From positions 331,821 to 395,820 of the forward strand of contig JABGXB010000003.1 of the NCBI GenBank assembly GCA_018675975.1: a stretch of 64,000 nt of DNA, read 5' to 3'. The notes under the pieces are model-generated. The model searched no databases. It worked only from the letters and a program-made list of their open reading frames with translations, and had not been told where the DNA came from. Position numbers and translations under genes: made by a program. This DNA comes from Candidatus Woesearchaeota archaeon. GTDB taxonomy: Archaea; Nanobdellota; Nanobdellia; Woesearchaeales; JABGXB01. Within the stretch, counting starts at the first letter, position 1, and the number at the start of each line of letters is the position of its first letter. Positions 18,663 through 28,600 of this stretch are shown here, piece by piece.

Positions 18663-20741
18663 ATGGGTAAAATAGAGGTATTAGATAAAAATCTTATTAA
18701 TCAAATAGCTGCTGGAGAAGTTATTGAAAGACCAAGTTCTGTCATTAAAGAATTAGTGGAAAATAGTATTGATAGTGGTGCTAATAATATTATAATTGAA
18801 ATTGAAAATGCAGGTAAAGATAAAATTTCTATTATGGATAATGGATGTGGTATGAGTATTGAAGATGCAAAAAAATCTATAATTAAACATGCCACTAGTA
18901 AAATTAAAACAAATGAAGATTTATTTAATATTTATACTATGGGATTTCGAGGAGAAGCTTTAGCTTCCATTGCCAGTATATCAAAACTTCAAATAATTAC
19001 AAAAGATAATAATCATACTGGAATTAAATTATATATTGAAGATAGTAAAATAAAAAATAGTGAAGAATTTCCAAGAGAAAATGGGACTAGTATTATTGTT
19101 AAAGATTTATTTTACAATACTCCTGCAAGATTAAAATATATGAGAGATAATTATTTAGAAAATTCATCGATTATTAAAATAATACAAAATTATGTTTTAA
19201 TACACCCAGAAATAAATTTTGAATTAAAAATAAATAATAAAGAAATAATAAAGGCACCAAAAAATAATTTTAAAAATAATTTACTTAGTATTTTTGATTT
19301 AGATATAGCAAAACAATTTTTAATTATCAATTATAATGATGAAGAAAAAAAATTAAAAATTGATGGTTGCATTTCGAAACCCAATATAAATCGAAATAAT
19401 AAAAATGAAATTTATATTTATTTTAATAAAAGACCAGTTAAAAATTCAATTGTTTATAGAGCCATTATGGATGCATATCATAATTTATTATTTAATAAAA
19501 AATATCCAATTTGTATTTTAAATATAGAAATCGATAATGAATTAATAGATGTTAATGTCCATCCACAAAAAAAAGAAATCAGAGTTAAAAATGAAAATGA
19601 ATTATATGAATTAGTTTATACTTCCATAAGAAATAAATTAGAAAAAAGTAATTTAACTCAAGATTTAGATGAAGAAAAAGAAAAAAATCAATTGCGGATG
19701 GATGGAACAAAAATAAAAACAAAAAATTATGAAAAATATACTTATGAGTCAATAAATAAAGATTTTGATTTAAGCAATGAGAAAGGATCAGAGATTAAAA
19801 AAGAAAATCTTCAAGATAGTTTAAAATTAAAAAAGAATATTAAGGAAAGATTTAATCCTGAATTACACAATACACAAGAAGAATTATCATATAATACTTT
19901 TGAAGAAGAAGAAGATTTTGAATATGAATTTCAAAGTGAAAATAAATTTAGTGATAATAATACAGATAAAAATTATATTGTGGGTCAAAATGATCATTTA
20001 TATTCAAAATTACAAAATGATGAAGAATTTGAAAAAGAATTTATTAAATATATTAATACAAATAATAAATTGAAAAATAAAGAGAATTATAATTTTCAAA
20101 AAGGTATTAAAGTTATTGGACAATTTCATAATTCTTTTATATTAGCTCAAGATGAAAAAGGCCTATTAGTTATTGATCAACATGTTGCAGAAGAAAGATA
20201 TTATTATGAACAATTTATGGAAAAATATTTTAATAAAAATATTGAAGTTCAAGAAATATTAAATCCTATTGCAATTAATTTAACCCCAGAAGAATATAAT
20301 TTTACAATAAATAATATAGAAAATTTTGAAAAACTTGGAATGAATATAGAAGAATTTGGAAACAATCAAATAAAGGTAAGAACATTGCCTATAATATTTA
20401 ATCGATTACAAGATACAAATTTCTTTTTTTCATTACTTGAAAATTTACAAAAAGAAAATATATTTAAAATAAATAGAAAAAAACATAAACATATTTTTAA
20501 TGAAGAAATTGAAAATAATGAAAATTATAATATAATTGATGAAATTAAAGAAAAAATAATAACTAAAATGGCTTGTATGACTAGTTTAAAGGCAGGTGAA
20601 CAATTAACCATTAGTAAAATGCAATCAATTGTCGATAAATGGGCATTAACTAAAAATAAAAATACCTGTCCTCATGGAAGACCAATTCAAATAAGATTAA
20701 ATTTTGCCCATATATGGAAACAATTTAAAAGAGATGGATAA
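18663..20741 (+). CDS. mutL: DNA mismatch repair endonuclease MutL
   Basis: IAAGEVIERP, KELVENSIDSGA, GFRGEALASI, DVNVHP, DQHVAEER, CPHGRP. Confidence 0.97.
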   Translation: MGKIEVLDKNLINQIAAGEVIERPSSVIKELVENSIDSGANNIIIEIENAGKDKISIMDNGCGMSIEDAKKSIIKHATSKIKTNEDLFNIYTMGFRGEALASIASISKLQIITKDNNHTGIKLYIEDSKIKNSEEFPRENGTSIIVKDLFYNTPARLKYMRDNYLENSSIIKIIQNYVLIHPEINFELKINNKEIIKAPKNNFKNNLLSIFDLDIAKQFLIINYNDEEKKLKIDGCISKPNINRNNKNEIYIYFNKRPVKNSIVYRAIMDAYHNLLFNKKYPICILNIEIDNELIDVNVHPQKKEIRVKNENELYELVYTSIRNKLEKSNLTQDLDEEKEKNQLRMDGTKIKTKNYEKYTYESINKDFDLSNEKGSEIKKENLQDSLKLKKNIKERFNPELHNTQEELSYNTFEEEEDFEYEFQSENKFSDNNTDKNYIVGQNDHLYSKLQNDEEFEKEFIKYINTNNKLKNKENYNFQKGIKVIGQFHNSFILAQDEKGLLVIDQHVAEERYYYEQFMEKYFNKNIEVQEILNPIAINLTPEEYNFTINNIENFEKLGMNIEEFGNNQIKVRTLPIIFNRLQDTNFFFSLLENLQKENIFKINRKKHKHIFNEEIENNENYNIIDEIKEKIITKMACMTSLKAGEQLTISKMQSIVDKWALTKNKNTCPHGRPIQIRLNFAHIWKQFKRDG

Positions 20742-20772
20742 TATTTATAATTAAACAATTTTTATTTTAAAT

Positions 20773-21261
20773 ATGATAAGAAATTTAAAAAAATTAAATT
20801 CAAAAGAAAAAAAAAACATATTAAATTTATTAAAAGAAAATTATGGTTTTAATAAAGATTTGAATGAATATACTTTTTTCATTAATAAAAATGATAAAAT
20901 AAATTTAATAAATACAGAAACATATGAATTAATTGATTTTGACGATTATAGAGTTGATTCTATTGGTGTTTATTTTGGAGAATTAATAAATAATACAATT
21001 CGTTTATCTATAGAAGGATCTCAATTAATAGGACCATCTTGTAATAGAAATATAATTGAATTGAATGAAAATCAGTTAAATTTATGGATTAGAGGAAAAG
21101 ATGTTGAAATAGATAAAGAAGGAAATGATTTTTTTTTAATTAAATACAAAGAAGATTATATTGCTTGTGGAAAATTAAAAAATAAAATATTATTAAATTT
21201 TGTTTCTAAAGCAAGAACAATTAGCGCAAAAATTGAAGATGAGTGTAAAGCAAAAATTTAA
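20773..21261 (+). CDS. PUA-like RNA-binding protein (NIP7 / Nol1-Nop2-Fmu C-terminal-like)
   Basis: GVYFGE...IRLSIEGSQLIG..C.RNIIEL....WIRG.D...ACG.....LLNFVSKAR. Confidence 0.7.
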   Translation: MIRNLKKLNSKEKKNILNLLKENYGFNKDLNEYTFFINKNDKINLINTETYELIDFDDYRVDSIGVYFGELINNTIRLSIEGSQLIGPSCNRNIIELNENQLNLWIRGKDVEIDKEGNDFFLIKYKEDYIACGKLKNKILLNFVSKARTISAKIEDECKAKI

Positions 21262-21698
21262 TTATTAAAAGACCAAATTTTATCCCCAATATGATGAATA
21301 TTTTTTAAAACTTTTCCAGAAGACATATTTTTTATATCATTACTTGAAAACAGAGCTATACAAATAGAAATTGCTTTTTTATTTTTCTCATCAATAATGG
21401 CAACAAATTCATCTTTTTCAAAATCGTCTAATTCTACTATGCCTGGTTTCATTAAATCAGCACCCTTACATATAAATGGAACTGCTGGCATATCAATTGT
21501 TACTGTTTTTAAATTCATTAAATCAGATTTCAAACTCGGTATAAAATTATTATTATATTTAAAAAATAAAATATTATTGTCAACAGATAAATAAAAATCA
21601 TCAATTAATTTAACTAATGATTTTAAATTTATATTTAAATTATTTTCTAAATTAATTTTTTTAATTTCTTTTTTTGATAAAGTTAATAATTTAACCAT
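21258..21698 (-). CDS. PUA-domain RNA-binding protein (MCT-1/Tma20-like)
   Basis: VTIDMPAVPFICKGADLMKPGI..GKVLKNIHHIGD.IW. Confidence 0.88.
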   Translation of the reverse strand: MVKLLTLSKKEIKKINLENNLNINLKSLVKLIDDFYLSVDNNILFFKYNNNFIPSLKSDLMNLKTVTIDMPAVPFICKGADLMKPGIVELDDFEKDEFVAIIDEKNKKAISICIALFSSNDIKNMSSGKVLKNIHHIGDKIWSFNN

Positions 21699-21756
21699 AA
21701 AAAGAGAAAAATAAAATACTTAATAAACTTAAGTAGAGTTAATTAACTATTGTTAT

Positions 21757-22152
21757 TTATTTTATTCCCCTTAAAATAATTTTTAATTTGGCACTAGTAT
21801 TTTTAATTTTTAATATTAATTTTTTATTTATATCACTAGCAGCTTTTTCACTAAAAGTTCCAAAAGTATTATCACTTTCAAAATAACTTTTTCTAAAAGT
21901 TAAAACATCTTTTGATATAAAATAGGGATTAATATTACACATAAAACTATCTTCCACATCATCACATATCAAAATTACATTCATTAAATTATAATTTAAA
22001 AATTCTTTTAATTTTTCAAATTCAAATGTTGCCTTTAAACCCAATATTGAAGTTTCATCTAATGAAACAAAATCTTTCGTTACAAATTTAATAACTCTTT
22101 GATTAGTAGCTAATATATTTGGATTTCCAATACAAGTAAATATATAGTCCAT
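21757..22152 (-). CDS. DUF371-family protein
   Basis: GNPNILAT (GH.N..A.H-like), FRKS.F..D.T, SEKAASDI. Confidence 0.75.
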   Translation of the reverse strand: MDYIFTCIGNPNILATNQRVIKFVTKDFVSLDETSILGLKATFEFEKLKEFLNYNLMNVILICDDVEDSFMCNINPYFISKDVLTFRKSYFESDNTFGTFSEKAASDINKKLILKIKNTSAKLKIILRGIK

Positions 22153-22206
22153 ATTTTAATTAATCAAATTTTGTTTAAAAACATTTATTGGTTAAAAAAC
22201 AATTGT

Positions 22207-23565
22207 TTAAATAGATTTAAGTTGTTTTCTTAATTCATTTAATATATCATCTTCAAAATTTTCAGAAAAAGAGTAAGTTCCAGCTTTCGGATGTCCTCCA
22301 CCCATAAAAAAACCATTTGGAAATTTTAGTTTTATTTGTTCAAAAAATTCATTAATTGAAAAATTAATTTCTTCTGAAACTCTAAATGTAAAACCATTAG
22401 CACCCTTACAAACCACTATACTTTTTTTAGAAGTCATTTCATCTCTTATAAGACTTGCAATTTTTGAGGCACCAAAACCAAGTTTTTTTGGCATTATATT
22501 CAAAGTATTTAAATATACAAAATTAAAATTATTAAATTCTTCTTCTTTAATATAAGATTTTAATTTTTCTTTTACAAATAATTTTTTTTTATTTTGTTCA
22601 TCTAAAACCATTTTAAAAATAGTTAAATATTTTTTAGGTTTAATAAAAAAATCATTAAAAAAAATTGAATTTGTATTTGACCTTGTTAAATATGTAAAAT
22701 AATCAACACCTTTTGAATAAATTTCTAAATCATCGCCAAACGTATTATAAAAATTAATTATTTCTGCAGGACATTTATCAGCCATTGCGGGAATTGCAGG
22801 GACATGATCTAATTTATTATAACCCATTTTTTTAATTAATTCATATGTTAAAACCCCGGTACATAAAGAACTATCACCACCTTCTAAATAAGGATTAATA
22901 TGACAATCAACAATTTTATCAACTTCATTTTCACCTATAAAACAATGATGATCAATAACTCCTATAATACAATTAAATTGTTTTAAATATTTTATTGCAA
23001 GTAAATCTTGTTCAGAAGAACCATGATCCAATACTAAAACTAAAGGATTACAAAACCTATTATTTTTAGAAACATCAAAAAAAGCATCTTCTATAGTATA
23101 ATAAGGATCCATCATTAAAGAACGTGTAATTTTTTGTGAATTTGATTCATCATATTTTTTTTTTAAAGAATTTAATACAATTTCAAATTGAACACCAGAA
23201 CTAAATCCATCACAATCATTATCATGTTTAATAAAGATATTCCTACCCTCTATTAAATTAGTTAAAACTACATTAAAAAAAGTTTCAAAACGTTTTTGTA
23301 ATAAATTTAAATGTTCATGTTTTAAAACAAAATGCTCATTATATTTTATATTTTTGTTTATTATTTTATTATATTCTAAAAATGATGTAATTTTTGCAAA
23401 TGATAGATTTCTACCATCATATTTAATATCATAAAACTCTTCTAATTTAATTTCATTAAAAAGATTATTATTTCTACATATTAAATCAAAATTTTTATTT
23501 CCATCACAAAATTTTATTAATTTAATTTTTTCTAAATCAAATTTCGAAATTACTTTAACTTTCAT
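22207..23565 (-). CDS. Second DHH/DHHA1 RecJ-like phosphoesterase
   Basis: KHDNDCDG, PYYTIED, LDHGS, IDHH, GGGHPKAG. ATG 23565 overlaps the upstream stop (ATGA). Confidence 0.85.
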   Translation of the reverse strand: MKVKVISKFDLEKIKLIKFCDGNKNFDLICRNNNLFNEIKLEEFYDIKYDGRNLSFAKITSFLEYNKIINKNIKYNEHFVLKHEHLNLLQKRFETFFNVVLTNLIEGRNIFIKHDNDCDGFSSGVQFEIVLNSLKKKYDESNSQKITRSLMMDPYYTIEDAFFDVSKNNRFCNPLVLVLDHGSSEQDLLAIKYLKQFNCIIGVIDHHCFIGENEVDKIVDCHINPYLEGGDSSLCTGVLTYELIKKMGYNKLDHVPAIPAMADKCPAEIINFYNTFGDDLEIYSKGVDYFTYLTRSNTNSIFFNDFFIKPKKYLTIFKMVLDEQNKKKLFVKEKLKSYIKEEEFNNFNFVYLNTLNIMPKKLGFGASKIASLIRDEMTSKKSIVVCKGANGFTFRVSEEINFSINEFFEQIKLKFPNGFFMGGGHPKAGTYSFSENFEDDILNELRKQLKSI

Positions 23566-23816
23566 TGATATACCCATTCACTATGACCAAATGTAATAAT
23601 TAAATCTACGCCCAATTTTTGAGTAAAAAATGGCACATCACAAGCACCATAATTACTTCCAGACCAAAAAACTATTTTTGCATCACTTACTTCCTCAATA
23701 GCTTTTTTAATTTCCATTGAGTTTGGCTTCAAACCACAAGGTAAATGAACTAATATTCTTCTTGGTTTCTTCAATTTTAACTGTTCTTTTAAATTATCTA
23801 ATTCTAAATCATACAT
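23562..23816 (-). CDS. dph2: Diphthamide synthesis Dph1/Dph2 N-terminal domain only
   Basis: RILVHLPCGLK..YGACDV..VDLIITFGHS, then stop after about 84 aa. Confidence 0.85.
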   Translation of the reverse strand: MYDLELDNLKEQLKLKKPRRILVHLPCGLKPNSMEIKKAIEEVSDAKIVFWSGSNYGACDVPFFTQKLGVDLIITFGHSEWVYQ

Positions 23817-23868
23817 AATAGACCTAAAATTCAAAATATTTTTAAACCTTACTCTATATTTTTGATTA

Positions 23869-24627
23869 ATGATTGATTTATTAAAAAAAATTTATGAATT
23901 AAAAAAATGTCATAATATACCAAAACATATAGCAATAATTATGGATGGTAATAGAAGATATGCAATAAATAATAATTTAAATAAAATTGAAGGACACGGA
24001 ATTGCCATTAAAATGATGCAAAATGTCCTATTTCCTACTATTTTTGATAAATTAAAAATTCCAGTAAAAGAATTTTCTTTTTTTGCATTATCCTATGATA
24101 ATTATTATAAGAGAACTAAAGAAGAAATTGAAATTTTAATGAATCACATTAAAAATTTCATACCAAATTTTGCAAAATCTGAATTAGTTAAAAAATGTGG
24201 TATAAAAATTAATATAATTGGAGATATTGAATTATTAGATGAGGATATTCAAAAAGTGTTAAAAAGTGCAGAAGAGGAAACTCAAAATAATAATAATTAT
24301 ATTCTTAATTTTTTAATTATGTATGATGGACAAGAAGAAATTGTTAATGCAACTAAAAAAATTGTAAAAGATTCTATTAAAAATAAAATAAAGATTGAAG
24401 ATATTAACTCAGATTTAATAAGATCATATTGTGTAACTAGTAGAACTAGTAAACCAGATTTAATTATTAGAACAAGTAATGAAAAAAGATTGAGTGGCTT
24501 TTTTCTTTTTGATTCATATTATTCAGAATTTATATTCTTAGAAAAAAATTGGCCAGAAGTTAATGCAAGTGATTTAATAGATTGCATAATTGAATATACA
24601 AAGAGAGAGATAAGAAACGGTAAATAA
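23869..24627 (+). CDS. uppS: cis-prenyltransferase (polyprenyl diphosphate synthase)
   Basis: PKHIAIIMDGNRRYA, YDGQEEI, PDLIIRTSNEKRLSGF. Confidence 0.95.
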   Translation: MIDLLKKIYELKKCHNIPKHIAIIMDGNRRYAINNNLNKIEGHGIAIKMMQNVLFPTIFDKLKIPVKEFSFFALSYDNYYKRTKEEIEILMNHIKNFIPNFAKSELVKKCGIKINIIGDIELLDEDIQKVLKSAEEETQNNNNYILNFLIMYDGQEEIVNATKKIVKDSIKNKIKIEDINSDLIRSYCVTSRTSKPDLIIRTSNEKRLSGFFLFDSYYSEFIFLEKNWPEVNASDLIDCIIEYTKREIRNGK

Positions 24628-24677
24628 AGTAACCACTGTTTAGTTAAATTTATAAAAAACAAATTAGACAAAACCCC

Positions 24678-26606
24678 ATGAAATGGTTAACTAAAGCTCT
24701 AGTTTCACTATATTGTATTTTTCCGACTTTTGGACAAAATTGTAAAATATATGAAGGTAATAGTAAAAATATTTATAATAATATTTTAAAAGTAAAAAAA
24801 CCATATGAAATTAAAGATGCATTTTCTGACATTAAAAAATGTCAAATTAAATCTGAAGAAAAATTAAAAGGAATCGCAACCTATTTTCTAGAAGAAAAAA
24901 AAACTGAAAATCCTTTTTCAATATTATCCATATTAAATTATCGTCAAGGCGCAAGTAATTATCAAAAATTAAATGATCGAATTGTTAAATCAGTTATGAA
25001 TTTTATAACGGCATTAAATTATTATGATACATCAAATCATAATTTAGAATCACAAATTCTCACTACCGATGTTAATTTAACTGTTGAAGAATCTGAAAAT
25101 GCAAAATGGCAAAACAGTGAATTTAATTTACAGGAAGAAGCAAAAAAAATACCTGAAAAATTAATTGACATTGTTAATTCATTTGAATCTGAAGAAAGAT
25201 TAATTTTTATTCAAACATTGTCTGCATTAAGAACATATTTTTGTGATTTTTATAATACACGACAAAGTAATACTAATAATATAAATTTTGAAAATAATAG
25301 TGAATTATCAGGTACAATAATTAATTTAAATTATATTCAAAATAATTTTGGAAATAATAATATACTATTTTATTCTTTGAGTAATTTATACCAAGGATTA
25401 AGTATATTAAGACAAAGCGATATGAATTTAAATTCTGATGAGGTTTATAGTACAACTGGAAATAAATTAAAAGATTTTTATAGTGAATTATTATTAACTG
25501 ATTTAAAAGGATTAGAAGAATTATCAAAAGAATTTGATCACATTTACAAAGAAAGTGCAAAAGAATATATGAAAACTTTAAGTTTACTTGAAACAAGTAA
25601 AAATAAATTTCAAACAAGACATGCAAAACAAATTAATAAAAAATTTTCACAATTAAAAGGCAATGAATTATTTAATTTATATGGACAAAATAATTCCAAA
25701 ACAAAAGACATATTATTTACAGATGCAAGTCAAATTAGTGATTATGTAGCTGTAAGTTCTGTTATTTTAAATATATTAAATGATTTTGAAGTATTTGATA
25801 GATTAATAACAAGCAGTATAAGATTTAGAGTTCATTATGATCAATCCAAATATACTTCAATTGATATTGATACAAATGACTTATCAAAATTATTTTTAAA
25901 TAATGATATTTTAAAAATTAAACAATCAAATTTATTATTTCAAAAAGGAGTAAAAGTATTAGAAAAATTTGTAAAAGAAAAAAAATTAGAAAATATTTTA
26001 GGTGAAGATGAAAAATTAAATAACCCTAGAGAATATTTAAATGCAATTAAAGAATATAATAAGTACAATTTAAGGTTAAAAAATCAAAGATTAAATTGGA
26101 GAGACACAATTTTTAAAAGTTTAATTCAAATGCCTAAAAATTATATTAAATCAATATTTGGATTAGCACAAATTCCAAATGAAATACTTAGAGTTTTAAG
26201 AGGAAAACAAAATTTAACTAATGGTATAATTAATAGTTTAAATAAATATTTTAATTTTCAAATGAATAGAGCTTATTTACAAACACCAGAAAAATTATTA
26301 TTAAATACTTCAATACATAGAGCCATTGAATCTGATAAAAATCCATTAAAAGATCATTTTCAAAATGACATATTATCAACTATTTTAAATATGACTTTAC
26401 CTATTTATTCACAAATTAATTTTGATATAAAACAAACAGTTAATCAAATAAGGTCAAATTTTAGTAAATTAATAAAAAATCCAAAAAAAGAAAGTAAACG
26501 AATATTACCAATATTATATAATTCATTTTTAGTTAAACAATCAATAACTGATAATAATAGTAATATTAAAGATCAAATAGATTCAGATATTGAAAGATTT
26601 AAATAA
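24678..26606 (+). CDS. Hypothetical protein, possible signal peptide
   Basis: 642-aa ORF, own TATA box at 24649, short hydrophobic N-terminus. No motif recognised. Confidence 0.75.
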   Translation: MKWLTKALVSLYCIFPTFGQNCKIYEGNSKNIYNNILKVKKPYEIKDAFSDIKKCQIKSEEKLKGIATYFLEEKKTENPFSILSILNYRQGASNYQKLNDRIVKSVMNFITALNYYDTSNHNLESQILTTDVNLTVEESENAKWQNSEFNLQEEAKKIPEKLIDIVNSFESEERLIFIQTLSALRTYFCDFYNTRQSNTNNINFENNSELSGTIINLNYIQNNFGNNNILFYSLSNLYQGLSILRQSDMNLNSDEVYSTTGNKLKDFYSELLLTDLKGLEELSKEFDHIYKESAKEYMKTLSLLETSKNKFQTRHAKQINKKFSQLKGNELFNLYGQNNSKTKDILFTDASQISDYVAVSSVILNILNDFEVFDRLITSSIRFRVHYDQSKYTSIDIDTNDLSKLFLNNDILKIKQSNLLFQKGVKVLEKFVKEKKLENILGEDEKLNNPREYLNAIKEYNKYNLRLKNQRLNWRDTIFKSLIQMPKNYIKSIFGLAQIPNEILRVLRGKQNLTNGIINSLNKYFNFQMNRAYLQTPEKLLLNTSIHRAIESDKNPLKDHFQNDILSTILNMTLPIYSQINFDIKQTVNQIRSNFSKLIKNPKKESKRILPILYNSFLVKQSITDNNSNIKDQIDSDIERFK

Positions 26607-26704
26607 TGTATAATAATTGTAAAATAAGACAAAAAAATCACAAAATCAAAAGAAAAATTTATAAATAACCACAAATCAGTGGTAACTGATAAAAAGGTAT
26701 AAAT

Positions 26705-28573
26705 ATGTCAGAAGAAAACACTCAAATTACAAAATCACAGGAAACATCACAGTTACCAGGAATTCTTAAAAGCTTTGGTAAAAGATTTAAAGGAATGGAA
26801 AGTCAATTAATGAATAGTGGAATTCGTGAAATATTAAGCCGAGATAATACATTATTAAAATTATTTTTAACAGAATATGAAACAAGTGATAGATTTGCAC
26901 CACAAGGTGTTGAAACTTTAGAAAATGTTGATTTTTTAAAAGCAATTTTAGCACAAACAATTCTTCCCGGTTTTGAAACTTTATATATTAAAAGACCAGT
27001 ACAATCCAAATCAAATGAAAGTAATTTAGAAAGAGTATTAAGTGTAGATTATGGAACTTGTTTTTCAATTCACAAAACAAATAGTCAATCTGAAAACAAT
27101 CAAAATGGACAATTAAAACAATTATATAAATTTGATAATAATAGTGGTGAATTAAATGATATTATACCTAGTATTGTAAATGCTTCATTTGAATCTCAAT
27201 TAAATATATTAGATTTATTTTTAGATAATTATAAATTACAAATGAAATCTATTGAAGGTGGTTTATTAAGTTTTAAAAGTAAAGATCAAACACCAGAACA
27301 AGATGCATTAGAAGATTTTGTTTCTGAAAATTTAATTGGAAATGTTAGTTTTGACAAAAAATATAATAATAATATTCAAAAAATTATAGATGCAATTGAT
27401 TCAAAATTAGAAGATATTTATTCAATAACTGAAAGTTTAAATCAAGCATTAAATTTAGATCCATATAAATTAAATGAATTATTCGCATCCAAAGATGAGT
27501 CTGCATTAAATACTGGAGAAACATTAAAATCTATTTTAAATAAAAACTCTTTTGTTTTTAATGAAGAAAATGAACATCTACAAATTGGTGAATATCAAAC
27601 AATTTTAGCAGAACAAATAAAAGAAACAATTAAAGGTTACAAATCAGATTTAGAAAAAATTGAAAGTAAATTTGAATCACGTAAAAAAGATTATGAAGTA
27701 TTAAGAGAAAGTTTAAATCAGAGTTCTCAAAATAAAAAGAATACTGCATACTTCGTTAGTCTTGGTTTAGCAGCAACGCTAGGTTGTAGTTTTTTATATC
27801 ATCAAAATTCACAAACTCAAGACGCCCAAGAAACACTTTCTGATCAAGTTATAATATTAGGTGATAATGCAAATGATGCAGCAAATAATGCAGGAAATGC
27901 AGCAAAGTATGCAAGGGATGCAGCTAACAATGCAGACAAGTCATTAATAGCCGCTAACAATATTTATGTAGATTCACAAAAACAAATGACAATAGCAAGT
28001 AATGTTTTAGGTCAAGGAAAAACATTAGTTGAAAATTCAAATACACAAACTAAAGAAGCAAAAAGAATAGCTAAGGCAGCAGAAGAAAAAGTAAAATTAG
28101 CAATAAAACTCGCTAAATTAGCAGAAGATAACGCTAAAAAAGAAAGACAAGATAGAATAAAGGCACAAAAATTATACAAATCATCTTTAAAAGATTTAAA
28201 TGATTCTAGAAGTCAAAATCAATCTACAGTAACTAGTTTGAATAATTTGTTTGAAAGATTAAAAAATTATAGAATTCAAAATGAATCAAGTTCTTTTCAA
28301 ACAAATTATGGAAGTCAAGAAGAACCTATATATCAATCAGAAGAAACAGCTCCAATATATTCACCACAACCTCAAGCACAGAGCGGTGATTTATTAACTG
28401 GTAAATGGATTACTGGACCAACTAATATATATAAAAATTCTTTAAGTTCATTTGTAAAAGGAAAATTGTATACATGTTCAAAAGAGCAAAATGGTGGTGC
28501 AGAAGAAGTAACTATTTTTAGAATAAATAAGATCTTAGAAGCTTGTGGTTCACAACCAATAAAAATCAAATAG
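26705..28573 (+). CDS. Hypothetical protein with central TM helix and Ala/Asn-rich coiled coil
   Basis: YFVSLGLAATLGCSFLY hydrophobic segment, followed by heptad-like NANDAANNAGNAAKYARDAANNADKS. Confidence 0.75.
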   Translation: MSEENTQITKSQETSQLPGILKSFGKRFKGMESQLMNSGIREILSRDNTLLKLFLTEYETSDRFAPQGVETLENVDFLKAILAQTILPGFETLYIKRPVQSKSNESNLERVLSVDYGTCFSIHKTNSQSENNQNGQLKQLYKFDNNSGELNDIIPSIVNASFESQLNILDLFLDNYKLQMKSIEGGLLSFKSKDQTPEQDALEDFVSENLIGNVSFDKKYNNNIQKIIDAIDSKLEDIYSITESLNQALNLDPYKLNELFASKDESALNTGETLKSILNKNSFVFNEENEHLQIGEYQTILAEQIKETIKGYKSDLEKIESKFESRKKDYEVLRESLNQSSQNKKNTAYFVSLGLAATLGCSFLYHQNSQTQDAQETLSDQVIILGDNANDAANNAGNAAKYARDAANNADKSLIAANNIYVDSQKQMTIASNVLGQGKTLVENSNTQTKEAKRIAKAAEEKVKLAIKLAKLAEDNAKKERQDRIKAQKLYKSSLKDLNDSRSQNQSTVTSLNNLFERLKNYRIQNESSSFQTNYGSQEEPIYQSEETAPIYSPQPQAQSGDLLTGKWITGPTNIYKNSLSSFVKGKLYTCSKEQNGGAEEVTIFRINKILEACGSQPIKIK

Positions 28574-28600
28574 AATTTTAACTAAATAGGTAAAACCAAA

